Below, in pieces: positions 20,200 through 30,885 of a stretch of 64,000 bases of DNA. Under the pieces are notes generated by a model. That model had not been told where the DNA came from and made no database searches. It worked only from the letters and a program-made list of their open reading frames with translations. The position numbers were made by a program, and so were the translations under genes. The stretch covers positions 27,209 through 91,208 of the forward strand of contig JABAYY010000034.1 of assembly GCA_018608765.1 (NCBI GenBank), written 5' to 3'. How positions within the stretch are numbered: position 1 is the stretch's first letter; the number at the start of each line of letters is the position of its first letter. The DNA comes from Flavobacteriaceae bacterium. GTDB taxonomy: Bacteria > Bacteroidota > Bacteroidia > Flavobacteriales > Flavobacteriaceae.

Positions 20200-20529
20200 T
20201 TAGCCCCCAACACGTTTGACATGGAATCCTAATTCTTTTAAAAACCCCATAATTTTGTCTCTATAATCCCCTTGAATGATGATGGTATCGTTTTTAAAAC
20301 TACCACCTACACTAAATTTCTTTTTGAGGTCTTTAGCTAGAATTTTAAAATCTTTGTCAGCTCCCGTGTAGCCTTCAATAATTGTGATGGGTTTTCCTTT
20401 TCGTTTTTCGTATTTACAAATAATAGGAGCGTCCTGCATCCATAGAGAAGTTTTTTCAACTTCAGAGGGGTCTTCAGGACTTTCGGTATGCTCTGGAAAT
20501 AGGTTTTTTAGTTGATCTTTTAAATCCAT
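20200..20529 (-). CDS. SUI1/YciH translation initiation factor
   Basis: KRKGKPITIIEG, LKKKFSVGGSFK, IIIQGD. Confidence 0.88.
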   Translation of the reverse strand: MDLKDQLKNLFPEHTESPEDPSEVEKTSLWMQDAPIICKYEKRKGKPITIIEGYTGADKDFKILAKDLKKKFSVGGSFKNDTIIIQGDYRDKIMGFLKELGFHVKRVGG

Positions 20530-21479
20530 TATTTTTTAGCTAATCCCAATTCTCTTATTCGTTGATCTAAATATTCACCAGCAGTAATGTCTTCAAATTG
20601 TTTGGGATGTTCAGCGTCAATACAATTCTCTAAGACATCTAATTTCATAGCACTTATAGGGTGTAAGAAAAAAGGAATTGAATAGCGAGAGGTCCCCCAC
20701 ATTTCACGTGGTGGGTTGACCACACGGTGTATGGTTGATTTTAATTTATTATTGGTGTGACGCGATAACATATCGCCCACATTTATCATTAATTCATCTG
20801 GATTTGCAATGGCATCAATCCAATCGCCATCAAGGTTTTGAACCTGTAATCCTTTTCCTTGAGCCCCCATTAGTAACGTAATCAGGTTGATGTCGCCATG
20901 CGCTGCAGCACGTTCGGCATTTTTTGGTTCTTCATGAATGGGTGGGTAGTGAATAGGTCGTAAAATACTATTTCCATTATGAACATAATTGTCAAAATAA
21001 AATTCATCCAATCCTAAATGAAGGGACAAAGCTCTCAAAACATAGGTAGCTGTTTTTTCCAGCATCTTATAAGTTTCTTTTCCGACTTTATTAAACTCAG
21101 CCAATTCACGGACTTCTACGTTTTCATGGTATTCTGCTTCGAGTTCTGGATTGTCTTGTACATACTGTCCGAAATGCCAAAACTCTTTTAAATCGCCTTC
21201 TTTTCTTCCTTTTGCACTTTCTTTGCCAAAGGATACATACCCACGTTGTCCTCCAATGCCTGGAACTTCATAGCTTTGTTTTTGAGCTGTTGGTAAATCA
21301 AAAAATTTCTTTATTTCAGAATATAATGTATCTACTAAAGTATCATCCAAAAAATGACCTTTAAGTGCTACAAAACCAATAGTTTCATAGGCTTCACCAA
21401 TCTGATTAACAAACTTCTGTTTGCGTTTAGGATCGTTAGATATGAAGTCTAAAAGATTGACACTTGGGATTTTATTCAT
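20529..21479 (-). CDS. Isopenicillin N synthase-family 2OG-Fe(II) oxygenase
   Basis: HGD (HxD)...HRV...RYS.PFF triad; DLKEFW. Confidence 0.9.
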   Translation of the reverse strand: MNKIPSVNLLDFISNDPKRKQKFVNQIGEAYETIGFVALKGHFLDDTLVDTLYSEIKKFFDLPTAQKQSYEVPGIGGQRGYVSFGKESAKGRKEGDLKEFWHFGQYVQDNPELEAEYHENVEVRELAEFNKVGKETYKMLEKTATYVLRALSLHLGLDEFYFDNYVHNGNSILRPIHYPPIHEEPKNAERAAAHGDINLITLLMGAQGKGLQVQNLDGDWIDAIANPDELMINVGDMLSRHTNNKLKSTIHRVVNPPREMWGTSRYSIPFFLHPISAMKLDVLENCIDAEHPKQFEDITAGEYLDQRIRELGLAKK

Positions 21480-21600
21480 GGCTTTTGTTTAATCATGTTT
21501 ATAACAAAGATAACAATTCAAAAGTTTTACAAAAGCAATTTTTAAAGTTAAACGTTTCTAATTAATATTTTCCTATTTTTGAGGGACAAACAAACTAGAT

Positions 21601-23589
21601 TTGAAACCATTATTTCAGTACGATTTTAAAGAAATCAGTTCAAAAACTCGAAAGTCTTTGTATTTCAATATGTTGAAATCCAGACTTATTGAGGAGAAAA
21701 TGTTGATCCTACTTAGACAAGGAAAAATTTCAAAATGGTTTTCAGGTATAGGGCAGGAAGCAATTTCTGTGGGGGTTACAATGGCCTTAAATGCCGCCGA
21801 ATATATCCTTCCTATGCACCGTAATTTAGGGGTGTTTACTACGCGGGAAATCCCCTTACATCGATTGTTTTCTCAATGGCAAGGAAAAGCCGGTGGGTTT
21901 ACAAAAGGACGGGACCGTTCGTTTCATTTTGGAACTCAGGATTATAAAATTATAGGAATGATTTCTCATTTAGGCCCCCAACTTGGGGTTGCTGATGGGA
22001 TTGCACTCTCTCACATATTAAAAAAAGAAGCCAAACTAACCGCTGTTTTTTCTGGCGATGGTGGAACTAGTGAAGGCGATTTTCACGAAGCACTAAATGT
22101 AGCTTCTGTTTGGAATTTACCCGTTTTATTTTGCATTGAAAATAATGGGTATGGACTTTCTACTCCGTCTAATGAACAGTATAATTGCGAATCCATTGCC
22201 GATCGTGGCGTGGGCTATGGTATGGAATCTCATATAATTGAAGGCAATAATGTGATGGAAGTGTTTTCTAAAGTAGATGCTATTGCCAAAAGTGTACGAA
22301 AGAATCCACGCCCTGTTTTAATTGAATTTAAAACATTCAGAATGCGAGGCCATGAAGAAGCAAGTGGAACAAAATATGTTGCTCAAGAATTGTTAGATAC
22401 TTGGGCACAAAAAGATCCCATATCAAATTTTGAAGTCTACCTGCTTCAAGAGAAGTTGATTACACAATCTGAAATAGATGATTTTAAAGAGGCTTTTAAA
22501 AATGACATTCAAGATGGATTGCAACTAGCTTTTGACGAGCCTGCAATTATTCCAGACTTGAAAACTGAATTAGCAGACGTTTACAAACCTTTTGAGTATA
22601 TAGCTTCCGAACCTACTTCAAACCAAGAGACAAAACGTCTTATAGATGCTATTTCTGAGGGACTCCGACAGTCTATGGAAGTACATTCAGATTTGTTGAT
22701 TATGGGGCAAGACATTGCTGAATATGGAGGCGTTTTTAAAATTACAGAAAATTTTGTTGAACAGTTTGGAAAAGCACGTGTTCGAAATACACCTATTTGT
22801 GAATCTGCGATTGTAGAAGCCGCAATGGGATTGTCTATTGCTGGTATCAAATCAGTCGTGGAAATGCAGTTTGCAGATTTTGTAAGCTCAGGATTTAATC
22901 CCGTAGTTAATTATTTAGCGAAATCCCATTACAGATGGGGACAAGCTGCGGACATTGTAGTTCGTATGCCATGTGGAGCTGGCGTAGCAGCAGGACCTTT
23001 TCATTCCCAAACGAACGAAGCTTGGTTTACCAAAACACCAGGACTAAAAGTGGTATATCCTGCCTTTCCTTACGATGCTAAAGGATTGCTTGCAACCGCT
23101 ATAAACGACCCAAATCCAGTCTTGTTTTTTGAGCACAAAGCTCTGTATCGAAGTATAAGACAAGAAGTTCCCACAGATTATTTCACCTTGCCATTTGGGG
23201 TGGCGTCTGTTCTTAAAAAAGGGTCTGAGGTCACAATCATCACTTATGGTGCAGCGGTACATTGGGCACTAGAAACCTTAGACAAACATCCGCATATATC
23301 AGCTGATTTAATTGATCTAAGAACTTTACAGCCTTTAGATTTTGAAACCATTTTAGCATCCATCAAAAAAACCAATAAAGCCATTATTCTACAAGAAGAC
23401 TCGTTGTTTGGAAGTATTGCTTCCGATATTTCGTCTCAATTGATGGAGCAAGCGTTTGAGTTTTTAGACGCACCTGTAAAACGTGTGGCAAGTATAGAAA
23501 CACCGATTCCATTTGCAAGTGCGCTAGAACAGCAGTATCTTGCAAAGCGAACTTTTGAACAAGAATTAATAGCGTTATTAGCGTATTAA
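21601..23589 (+). CDS. Fused alpha/beta E1 subunit of a 2-oxoacid (probably branched-chain) dehydrogenase
   Basis: GQEA, GDG...NN TPP motif, R..GH, TPICESAI, EMQFADF, GPFHSQ. Confidence 0.88.
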   Translation: MKPLFQYDFKEISSKTRKSLYFNMLKSRLIEEKMLILLRQGKISKWFSGIGQEAISVGVTMALNAAEYILPMHRNLGVFTTREIPLHRLFSQWQGKAGGFTKGRDRSFHFGTQDYKIIGMISHLGPQLGVADGIALSHILKKEAKLTAVFSGDGGTSEGDFHEALNVASVWNLPVLFCIENNGYGLSTPSNEQYNCESIADRGVGYGMESHIIEGNNVMEVFSKVDAIAKSVRKNPRPVLIEFKTFRMRGHEEASGTKYVAQELLDTWAQKDPISNFEVYLLQEKLITQSEIDDFKEAFKNDIQDGLQLAFDEPAIIPDLKTELADVYKPFEYIASEPTSNQETKRLIDAISEGLRQSMEVHSDLLIMGQDIAEYGGVFKITENFVEQFGKARVRNTPICESAIVEAAMGLSIAGIKSVVEMQFADFVSSGFNPVVNYLAKSHYRWGQAADIVVRMPCGAGVAAGPFHSQTNEAWFTKTPGLKVVYPAFPYDAKGLLATAINDPNPVLFFEHKALYRSIRQEVPTDYFTLPFGVASVLKKGSEVTIITYGAAVHWALETLDKHPHISADLIDLRTLQPLDFETILASIKKTNKAIILQEDSLFGSIASDISSQLMEQAFEFLDAPVKRVASIETPIPFASALEQQYLAKRTFEQELIALLAY

Positions 23590-24465
23590 ATGGAGTATTT
23601 AGAATTATTTTTTAATGCCTTTTTAGGTACTGTACAGTGGACATGGAAATCCATTTGTTTTGAGGTGCCTTGGACGCGCAATTATTTTTGGGGATTGATA
23701 GCGATCTCATTAATTGTGTGGGGAGTTGAAATGTTATTTCCATGGCGCAAACAACAATCTGTTTTTAGAAAAGATTTTTTTCTGGATGGATTTTATATGT
23801 TTTTCAACTTTTTCATATTTAGTATGTTTATTAGCGGCGTGTATAAAATCATTACAAAAATCTCGGTTGATGAATTTCAGATAAGTCCAAATGCCATTGC
23901 CCTTATTGATTTGTCAAATTTTTCTCCAATACTTCAATTATTGATTTTCTTTGTAGTTCTTGATTTTGTACAATGGTTGACCCATATATTGTTGCATCGT
24001 TTTTCGTTTTTATGGAAATTTCATAAAGTACACCACTCTGTAAAAGAAATGGGTTTTGCGGCTCATTTACGTTACCATTGGATGGAAAATATTCTTTATA
24101 AACCTTTTAAAGTAATCGCGCTGATGTTGTTGGGAGGCTTTGAACCTGAACAAGCATTTATTGTTCATTTTATTGCCATTTCAATTGGTCATCTGAACCA
24201 CGCAAATATCAAACTAGATTATGGACCTCTTAAATTTGTGTTTAACAATCCTGTAATGCATTTATACCACCATGCAAAAGCCTTGCCTGAAAACCATAAA
24301 ATAGGAGCTAATTTTGCCATCAGTCTCAGTGTGTGGGATTATATTTTTAAAACCAATTACGTCCCCACGCCTGATAAAAACCTCGTGTTAGGCTACAGCG
24401 ACGACCAACAGATGCCGTCTGGTTTTTTTGGTCAATTATTTTATGGGTTTAAAAAAGGAGATTAA
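23590..24465 (+). CDS. Sterol desaturase / fatty acid hydroxylase family
   Basis: His boxes HILLH, HKVHH, HLNH, HLYHH. Confidence 0.88.
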   Translation: MEYLELFFNAFLGTVQWTWKSICFEVPWTRNYFWGLIAISLIVWGVEMLFPWRKQQSVFRKDFFLDGFYMFFNFFIFSMFISGVYKIITKISVDEFQISPNAIALIDLSNFSPILQLLIFFVVLDFVQWLTHILLHRFSFLWKFHKVHHSVKEMGFAAHLRYHWMENILYKPFKVIALMLLGGFEPEQAFIVHFIAISIGHLNHANIKLDYGPLKFVFNNPVMHLYHHAKALPENHKIGANFAISLSVWDYIFKTNYVPTPDKNLVLGYSDDQQMPSGFFGQLFYGFKKGD

Positions 24466-24466
24466 T

Positions 24467-25495
24467 TTAAAAATCTTTTCGAGCATTCAAAAAATCTGTA
24501 ATCAAATAGGAGAGGAGTTTTCCTGTTTGTGCGTTTGTCAGCGAATCATTGGTACTTGTAGCCGCTTCACAAATATGTAAATAAGTCGCGTTCGGATGGC
24601 TTCCAAAATAGTGTACAAAACGACGTGTTTGATTTACTGAAAATCCACTCGGAGTTTGCGCACTGCTAGGGATGTTTTGAATGGCATCACAATCAATTTC
24701 AATACCAAATTTTGAGTTTGATATAAACCCCATTGCGATTTTTGAGGCTTTCTTAAAAGAGTTCTTTTTTCGGACACTAAGGTCTTCAAAAGTATTGAAT
24801 TTTATATTTGATTTTGATGCCTCTATATAATTTAAAACCTCTTTAGAAGTATAGTTTTCATGCAGTCCAAAAATATAATAGCGGTCTAAATATCCTTCTT
24901 CAATAGCATACCTAAACCCATTTCCACTGTGCCGGCCTTCGAGTGCTCTTAAATCTGTATGTGCATCAAAATTTAGAGCGTTTATTTTTGATTCTAAAGC
25001 GATTGAACTCCCTTTGATAGCACCATACGCATTGTTGTGTCCCCCCCCAATGAGTATTGGAATTTTTCCTGCTTTTACGATTGTACAGACCAGTTGAGTT
25101 ACACATTGGTCAATTTTCTCCACATAGGTTCGATAGGTGTGTTGGAGCTGATCTGTCTTTACAGTGGATAATACATCGTATAGATCCGTGAAATCTAAAT
25201 GTCCTAAAATAAGAACATTAGAAGGGTTTGTAAATTCATTGCTTTGAAGGTTTAAAAGCGATTTTAAGGTAGGGTCCCAAGTGTTTTTTGCCCCAGCTTG
25301 TCCATTGTTTGCCAATACCCCAATATCTTCTTTGATTCCAAAAAGCACAAATTTCACTTTAGAATCAGCAAGCAGCGATGGTAAATCGTTAAGATTGGAT
25401 ACATATTTAGCATCCTCAAAAAATTTAGTTTCTCCAGATCTTTTGGTTGTAATGTTATCTAACGTTTCGGAAGTAATAATTTGAAGATTGTTCAT
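24467..25495 (-). CDS. hutG: Formimidoylglutamase (arginase family)
   Basis: GGGHNNAY, NFDAHTD.R, HSGNGF, DCD, PSSA.TP.G; near hutI. Confidence 0.85.
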   Translation of the reverse strand: MNNLQIITSETLDNITTKRSGETKFFEDAKYVSNLNDLPSLLADSKVKFVLFGIKEDIGVLANNGQAGAKNTWDPTLKSLLNLQSNEFTNPSNVLILGHLDFTDLYDVLSTVKTDQLQHTYRTYVEKIDQCVTQLVCTIVKAGKIPILIGGGHNNAYGAIKGSSIALESKINALNFDAHTDLRALEGRHSGNGFRYAIEEGYLDRYYIFGLHENYTSKEVLNYIEASKSNIKFNTFEDLSVRKKNSFKKASKIAMGFISNSKFGIEIDCDAIQNIPSSAQTPSGFSVNQTRRFVHYFGSHPNATYLHICEAATSTNDSLTNAQTGKLLSYLITDFLNARKDF

Positions 25496-25582
25496 TTTTT
25501 GTAATACATTTGCTGGACTTTAAAATTACAATTTTTTTATTGTTTTAAGAACTCTTTATTTTAATCCTTATTAAACACTAGC

Positions 25583-26464
25583 ATGAATTCTACATCTTCA
25601 AACAAAGGCTCAAAGGCAGCGATTATTATTTTAGCTTTATTGCTTATTGGAACTTTATTTTATGGCTATAAAATGCATCAAGAAAGTAGTGAAACTGAGG
25701 CGATCCTCCAAAGTGAAAAAAGTGAAGTTCTTAGAAATTTAGAAAACATGTCTTCTTTGTATAACGAAGCAAACGCCGATAATGAAGTTGCGAATGAAAA
25801 ATTGATCGAAGCGCAAGCCCGTCTAGAAACTCTTATGGCAGAGCTTAAAGCTTCAAAATCGTCTGTGTCTGCATTGCTTAAGTACAAGAAAAAATATTTT
25901 GAGCTGGAATCTGAAATGGAAGTATTATTAGATGAAAATGCAACTCTAAAATTCCAAAATGCATTATTAGAAACTTCTTTAGACAGTACGCAAGTTGAAT
26001 TGTCTACTCAGTTGGCTTCCAATAGTCAATTAGAAGAACAAAACCTTCGTTTGACAGAGTCTGTGGACGTTGCTAAAAAACTAACCGTTGAACGTTTGAA
26101 TGCGTTTGGAGTAATTCAAAGAAATTCTGGCAAGTTAGTTCCAACGACCCGTGCTTCAAGAGTTGACAATTTAAGAATATGTTATTCAGTACCTTCAAAT
26201 CTATTAACAGAATCAGGGGATAAAAAATATTTCGTTCAAGTTATCGATCCCAGTCTTAATGTAATTGGTTCTAATACGCCTGTTCAGTTTGAAGAAGGTG
26301 TTTTAAAATATAGTTACGTGAGCGCATTCACATACGACAACCAATTGTTAGATGTTTGTGATTTTGTTTCTCCTGAAGAAGGTGACTATGGAAAAGGAAT
26401 CTACACTGTAAATATGTTTGATCAGAATGTATTGATTTCTACGTCAACATTTACTTTGAAATAG
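25583..26464 (+). CDS. Membrane-anchored coiled-coil protein of unknown function
   Basis: N-terminal TM helix, long heptad region, beta-rich C-terminal domain. Confidence 0.7.
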   Translation: MNSTSSNKGSKAAIIILALLLIGTLFYGYKMHQESSETEAILQSEKSEVLRNLENMSSLYNEANADNEVANEKLIEAQARLETLMAELKASKSSVSALLKYKKKYFELESEMEVLLDENATLKFQNALLETSLDSTQVELSTQLASNSQLEEQNLRLTESVDVAKKLTVERLNAFGVIQRNSGKLVPTTRASRVDNLRICYSVPSNLLTESGDKKYFVQVIDPSLNVIGSNTPVQFEEGVLKYSYVSAFTYDNQLLDVCDFVSPEEGDYGKGIYTVNMFDQNVLISTSTFTLK

Positions 26465-26471
26465 GGGAAAT

Positions 26472-27710
26472 TTAATTTACAAATTCACCGTTAATCATCA
26501 CTTTATGAATGGGGTTATTCCCAAAATGGTAAGGGATCTGACGGTAAGATGTCATATTTTTTGTGATGATAAGGTTTGCTTTTTTCCCTGTTGTTATGCT
26601 TCCATATTCTTCGGAGATATCCATTGCATAAGCACCATTTAGGGTCGCTGCATTGATGGCTTCTTCGGGTGTCATGTTCATTTTGATACAGGCAAGACTT
26701 ACTACAAAATTCATGTTTCCACTAGGAGAAGAGCCGGGGTTATAATCGGAGGCAAGGGCAAGGGCCATTCCCGAATCAATTAATTTCCGAGCAGGTGTAT
26801 AAGGGATTCCTAAAAAAAAGGAACATCCCGGAAGGGCAACGGGTATTGTATTTGAATTTTTTAAAACATCAATATCTTCTTGATTCAGAATTTCCAAGTG
26901 ATCGACTGACAGGGCTTTGTATTTAACTCCTAATCCAACACCTCCAAAAGCATTAAATTGATTCACATGAATTTTTGGTACCAGTCCATAAGGCATAGCG
27001 GCTTTCAAAATTTGTTCGGTATCATCTACTGAAAAATAGCCTTTTTCACAAAATACATCAACAAAATCAGCTAAATTTTCACGGTGTATTTCTGGGAGCA
27101 TTGTGTTGATAATCAAATCAATATAGGCTTGTTTATCAGTTTTATATAGTTTTGGAATCGCATGCGCTCCCAAAAAGGTTGCTTTTATTTTTAAGGATGA
27201 GGTGCCTTTAATGGCTTTGATGACACGAAGCATTTTAAGCTCCGCTTCGGGACTGAGTCCATATCCAGATTTTATTTCCAAAGCACCGGTGCCTAGTTGA
27301 ATGAGTGCATTTACACGCTCCATGGATTGTTCAAAAAGTGCTTCCTCACTTGTGGCTTGTAAGGTTTGAGCGGAATTCAAAATACCGCCGCCTTTTGCTG
27401 CTATATCTTCGTAGCTTAATCCATTCAATCGATCTACAAATTCTTGCGAGCGGTCGCCTGCATACACCACATGCGAATGACTGTCGCACCAAGATGGAAG
27501 TATTATTCTCCCAGTGACATCTATAACTTCATCCGTTTCTTGAATGACTACATCTGCCATAGATCCAAAATCTAAAATGGTATCGCCTTGAATTCTTAAA
27601 AATGCATTTTTGATATGCGGTAAATCCTTCATTGAATCTCCCATCACTTTTACTTCCGATTTTGGGCGGGTTTGAAGTAATTCTTTAATGTGAGTAAAAA
27701 GGATATTCAT
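26472..27710 (-). CDS. hutI: Imidazolonepropionase
   Basis: DSHSH, GGGILNS, EIKSGYGL, DVFCEKGYF, SVDHLE, SDYNPGS; probable start MNILF at 27710. Confidence 0.93.
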   Translation of the reverse strand: MNILFTHIKELLQTRPKSEVKVMGDSMKDLPHIKNAFLRIQGDTILDFGSMADVVIQETDEVIDVTGRIILPSWCDSHSHVVYAGDRSQEFVDRLNGLSYEDIAAKGGGILNSAQTLQATSEEALFEQSMERVNALIQLGTGALEIKSGYGLSPEAELKMLRVIKAIKGTSSLKIKATFLGAHAIPKLYKTDKQAYIDLIINTMLPEIHRENLADFVDVFCEKGYFSVDDTEQILKAAMPYGLVPKIHVNQFNAFGGVGLGVKYKALSVDHLEILNQEDIDVLKNSNTIPVALPGCSFFLGIPYTPARKLIDSGMALALASDYNPGSSPSGNMNFVVSLACIKMNMTPEEAINAATLNGAYAMDISEEYGSITTGKKANLIITKNMTSYRQIPYHFGNNPIHKVMINGEFVN

Positions 27711-27714
27711 AGAT

Positions 27715-29112
27715 TTATTTTGAGTTTCCAATCATGTTTTCTGGTTTGACCCAAGCATCGTAATTTTCTGCGGTTACATACCCCAAATTGATGGCTTCTT
27801 CTTTGAGCGTCGTTCCATTTTCATGCGCTGTATTTGCTATTTCAGCAGCTTTGTAATACCCGATTTTGGTGTTTAAAGCGGTGATTAACATCAATGAGTT
27901 ATTTAATAATTTTTCAATAACATCGTGGTTAGGTTCAATGCCTGAAGCACAATGGGTTTCAAAACTCAAAGCGGCATCGCCTAACAGTTGTGCAGATTGC
28001 AAGAAATTAGCCGCCATCATTGGTTTAAAAACATTTAGTTCATAATGTCCCTGGGTGCCTCCAACAGAAATTGCAACATCGTTCCCCATCACCTGCGCAC
28101 AGACCATTGTGAGTGCTTCACATTGTGTAGGGTTCACTTTGCCCGGCATGATTGAACTTCCAGGTTCGTTTGCAGGAATGGTAATTTCTCCAATTCCAGA
28201 GCGAGGTCCTGAAGCCATCATACGAATGTCGTTAGCGATTTTATTTAAGGAAACGGCCAATTGTTTTAATGCGCCATGACTTTCTACGATTGCATCATGT
28301 GCTGCAAGCGCTTCAAATTTATTGGGTGCTGTAATAAAGGGCAGTTCTGTAAAATCTGCAATATATTTTGCTACAAGTTCTGAATAGCCTTTTGGTGTGT
28401 TTAATCCTGTGCCAACAGCTGTACCTCCCAAAGCAATTTCACTTAAGTGTTCTAGTGTGTTTTTGAGTGCTTTTAGTCCATGGTCTAATTGCGAAACATA
28501 GCCCGAAAATTCTTGTCCTAAAGTTAGGGGCGTCGCATCCATGAGGTGCGTACGTCCAATTTTTACGACGGATTTGAATTTTTCAGACTTCGCTTGAAGT
28601 GTATCTCGTAAGTGTTGAATCCCTGGTATGGTTGTTTCTACTACTTTTTTATAGGCAGCGATATGCATCCCTGTGGGGAAAGTGTCATTTGAAGACTGGG
28701 ATTTATTGACGTCATCATTGGGTTGAATGGTTTTTTCGCCTTCTCCAATAATTTTTCCAGCCAGTTGTTGTGCACGGTTGGCAATCACTTCGTTTACGTT
28801 CATATTACTTTGCGTTCCTGAACCTGTTTGCCAAATGACCAAGGGAAATTGGTCGTCGTGTTTGCCTGCAAGAATTTCATCACAGACTTGAGCGATTAAA
28901 TCACGTTTTTCAGAAGCTAGAACTCCAAGCTCACAATTGGTGTATGCGGCTGCTTTTTTAAGATATGCAAATCCATACACGATATCAATTGGCATGGAAG
29001 CCGCCATCCCGATTTTGAAATTATTTCGAGAACGTTCGGTTTGGGCTCCCCACAATTTATCTGCGGGAACGTTTACATCTCCCATCGTATCTTTTTCTAT
29101 TCTAAACTTCAT
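27715..29112 (-). CDS. fumC: Class II fumarate hydratase
   Basis: [37 protein letters not shown]. Confidence 0.97.
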   Translation of the reverse strand: MKFRIEKDTMGDVNVPADKLWGAQTERSRNNFKIGMAASMPIDIVYGFAYLKKAAAYTNCELGVLASEKRDLIAQVCDEILAGKHDDQFPLVIWQTGSGTQSNMNVNEVIANRAQQLAGKIIGEGEKTIQPNDDVNKSQSSNDTFPTGMHIAAYKKVVETTIPGIQHLRDTLQAKSEKFKSVVKIGRTHLMDATPLTLGQEFSGYVSQLDHGLKALKNTLEHLSEIALGGTAVGTGLNTPKGYSELVAKYIADFTELPFITAPNKFEALAAHDAIVESHGALKQLAVSLNKIANDIRMMASGPRSGIGEITIPANEPGSSIMPGKVNPTQCEALTMVCAQVMGNDVAISVGGTQGHYELNVFKPMMAANFLQSAQLLGDAALSFETHCASGIEPNHDVIEKLLNNSLMLITALNTKIGYYKAAEIANTAHENGTTLKEEAINLGYVTAENYDAWVKPENMIGNSK

Positions 29113-29180
29113 AACATTCTGATTTTAATACAAATTTACGATTTTTTAACTTCAATTGCACACTGTTATGAGGCTGTTGG

Positions 29181-29239
29181 TAAATTTGAATTTTTATGTT
29201 GTAAAACAGGTTTTCTTATAGGCTAATTGCAGCGTAAAA
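29181..29239 (+). repeat. Degenerate direct-repeat copy of the promoter region at 30575-30633
   Basis: 51/59 identical by manual alignment; the -7 box TATATTTG is decayed to GCTAATTG here. Confidence 0.8.
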
Positions 29240-29344
29240 TAAACGTATGGACTGCTGCTACCACGTTAGCGGAAAATTGATGGGATATTTTCATAAACTA
29301 TTTCTTTTTTTGGATGATAATTATTACTTAATTTTGACAGCTCT

Positions 29345-29752
29345 ATGGAAGAATTAACATTAACAACACCTGCACTTTTATTTTCTGCAATCTCTCTAAT
29401 TATGTTGGCATATACCAACCGTTTTTTAGCCTATGCTGCAGTAATTAGAAATTTGCACGGTATTTATTTAGAACGCAAAGAAGAATCTTTAATAAGACAG
29501 ATTAAGAATTTAAAACTACGTCTAAACTTAACCCGATGGATGCAGATTTTTGGAATTTCAAGTTTATTGTTCTGTGTGTTGACCATGTTTTTAATCTATA
29601 TTCATCAACATAATATGGCTGTTTGGATTTTTGGATTCGCTTTAATTTTATTAATCATTTCTTTGGCATTATTGATTAAGGAAATACAGATCTCTGCTCA
29701 GGCGTTGCAATACCATATTGCTGATATTGAAGAACATTTAGAAAAAAACTAA
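29345..29752 (+). CDS. DUF2721-like small membrane protein
   Basis: TPALLFSAISL..LAYTNRF, QI..L..R, three TM segments, EIQIS. Confidence 0.8.
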   Translation: MEELTLTTPALLFSAISLIMLAYTNRFLAYAAVIRNLHGIYLERKEESLIRQIKNLKLRLNLTRWMQIFGISSLLFCVLTMFLIYIHQHNMAVWIFGFALILLIISLALLIKEIQISAQALQYHIADIEEHLEKN

Positions 29753-29862
29753 GGAGTTTTATTTTTATGTTCTCTCCGCGCTGGTGAGCGAATCTTTCGC
29801 GTTCCCAAATAAGCTTTATAAACCACGCAATTCAATCGTGCGGCAGCTGAACTATACACGTT

Positions 29863-30352
29863 GTTGTAGCCAGTTTTTATTCATTAATTAATTCTTCCCA
29901 AGTCGCTGTTGCAGATAGCATTCGGTTTTTAATTACTTTATCAACCTTTAGCCACATTAGGTTCTTCTGTTTTTCGACTTTATATCTAATAATCCACCAA
30001 TACCAAAAGTCAGCAATTTTTTCACCTCGTAATTCCAATGTCAGAAAACCGTTCTCGGATTTCCAGTTTCCGTCTTTCAAAGTGAACATTCCAACTAGAC
30101 ACTCAACATTAAAATCGTTCTGGTGTAGAATAGCACCATCTTTCCTGAATTCGAAAACATCATCAGTAAGCTCTTTAGAAGTGCTTTCGAATAGTAAATC
30201 TTTTTCAGGGAAAAACCCACTTTTCATCCAATTCAATTCCCATTTTCCTACGAGACTATTTATTTCTTTTTCTTGGGCTTCCGATTTTCCAATTGCCATT
30301 AAAACTAATATTATCAATAAATTTTTCATTCTTATTTCGAATTTGCTACAAC
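29863..30352 (-). mobile_element. Integron-like gene cassette B (single secreted protein)
   Basis: Minus start GTTGTAGCAAATT (30352-30340) matches + GTTGTAGCCAGTT (29863-29875) at 11/13; arm ATACAC-N3-GTT at 29854-29865 as in the other sites; distal arm not found. Confidence 0.72.
29877..30329 (-). CDS. Secreted hypothetical protein, possibly lipocalin-like
   Basis: Likely start MKNLLIIL at 30329 (signal peptide, 23 nt inside the cassette); LVGKWEL GxW motif, FEF..DG, G.W. Confidence 0.65.
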   Translation of the reverse strand: MKNLLIILVLMAIGKSEAQEKEINSLVGKWELNWMKSGFFPEKDLLFESTSKELTDDVFEFRKDGAILHQNDFNVECLVGMFTLKDGNWKSENGFLTLELRGEKIADFWYWWIIRYKVEKQKNLMWLKVDKVIKNRMLSATATWEELINE

Positions 30353-30551
30353 TACTGTATATCCGTATTAGTACCGATATTTCCATTATGTTAAATTAAG
30401 ATGTCCTAACGACCTAATCAGGCAGATATCAGAACCCTTCCAATATGGTATTCAATAAAATAATATCTTAAGCTTCGGTTAAATTGCTTATGAAGATTTA
30501 GACTTGGGGTCTATCGTCACTCAAATCTACACTAATTTTTTAAATATCAAA
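30350..30551 (-). promoter_or_regulatory. Leader of array B: promoter, copy 4 of the motif and attI-like entry site
   Basis: Minus TTTG(30551-30548)-N18-TAGATTTG(30529-30522); 30450-30525 is 66/76 identical to 54253-54328; entry + AACTACTGTATAT 30350-30362. Confidence 0.78.
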
Positions 30552-30647
30552 AAAACGAATCGAATTTTAAAAGATAAATCTGAAATTTTATGTTGTAAAA
30601 CTATTTTTCTTATAGTATATTTGCAGCGTAAAACTAAAGTACACACT

Positions 30648-30824
30648 ATGTTTGATTTTGATCAGTATTTAGGATTTTTAGCATTTTTATCAATACTTAC
30701 CTTAGGGTTTTGGTTGATGATCTTTTTATTAACGTTTGCCATCCCTTATTGGTTGGTAGGATCAGCTTTGGAACATTTCAAAGAAAAAAGAGACGCTAAA
30801 AAAGCAAAAGCAGAACAAGCTTAA
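30648..30824 (+). CDS. Small single-pass membrane protein (58 aa)
   Basis: ATG at 30648 just downstream of a TATATTTG promoter; MFDFDQYLGFLAFL hydrophobic core, basic tail; followed by a terminator. Confidence 0.7.
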   Translation: MFDFDQYLGFLAFLSILTLGFWLMIFLLTFAIPYWLVGSALEHFKEKRDAKKAKAEQA

Positions 30825-30847
30825 AAAGCCTTCCCTTTATACGAATC

Positions 30848-30880
30848 AAAATCCAAAGCAATTATGTTTTGGATTTTTTT
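30848..30880. terminator. Probable bidirectional intrinsic terminator
   Basis: AAAATCCAAAGC-AATTAT-GTTTTGGATTTT followed by a T run, between convergent genes. Confidence 0.75.
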
Positions 30881-30885
30881 GTTTA

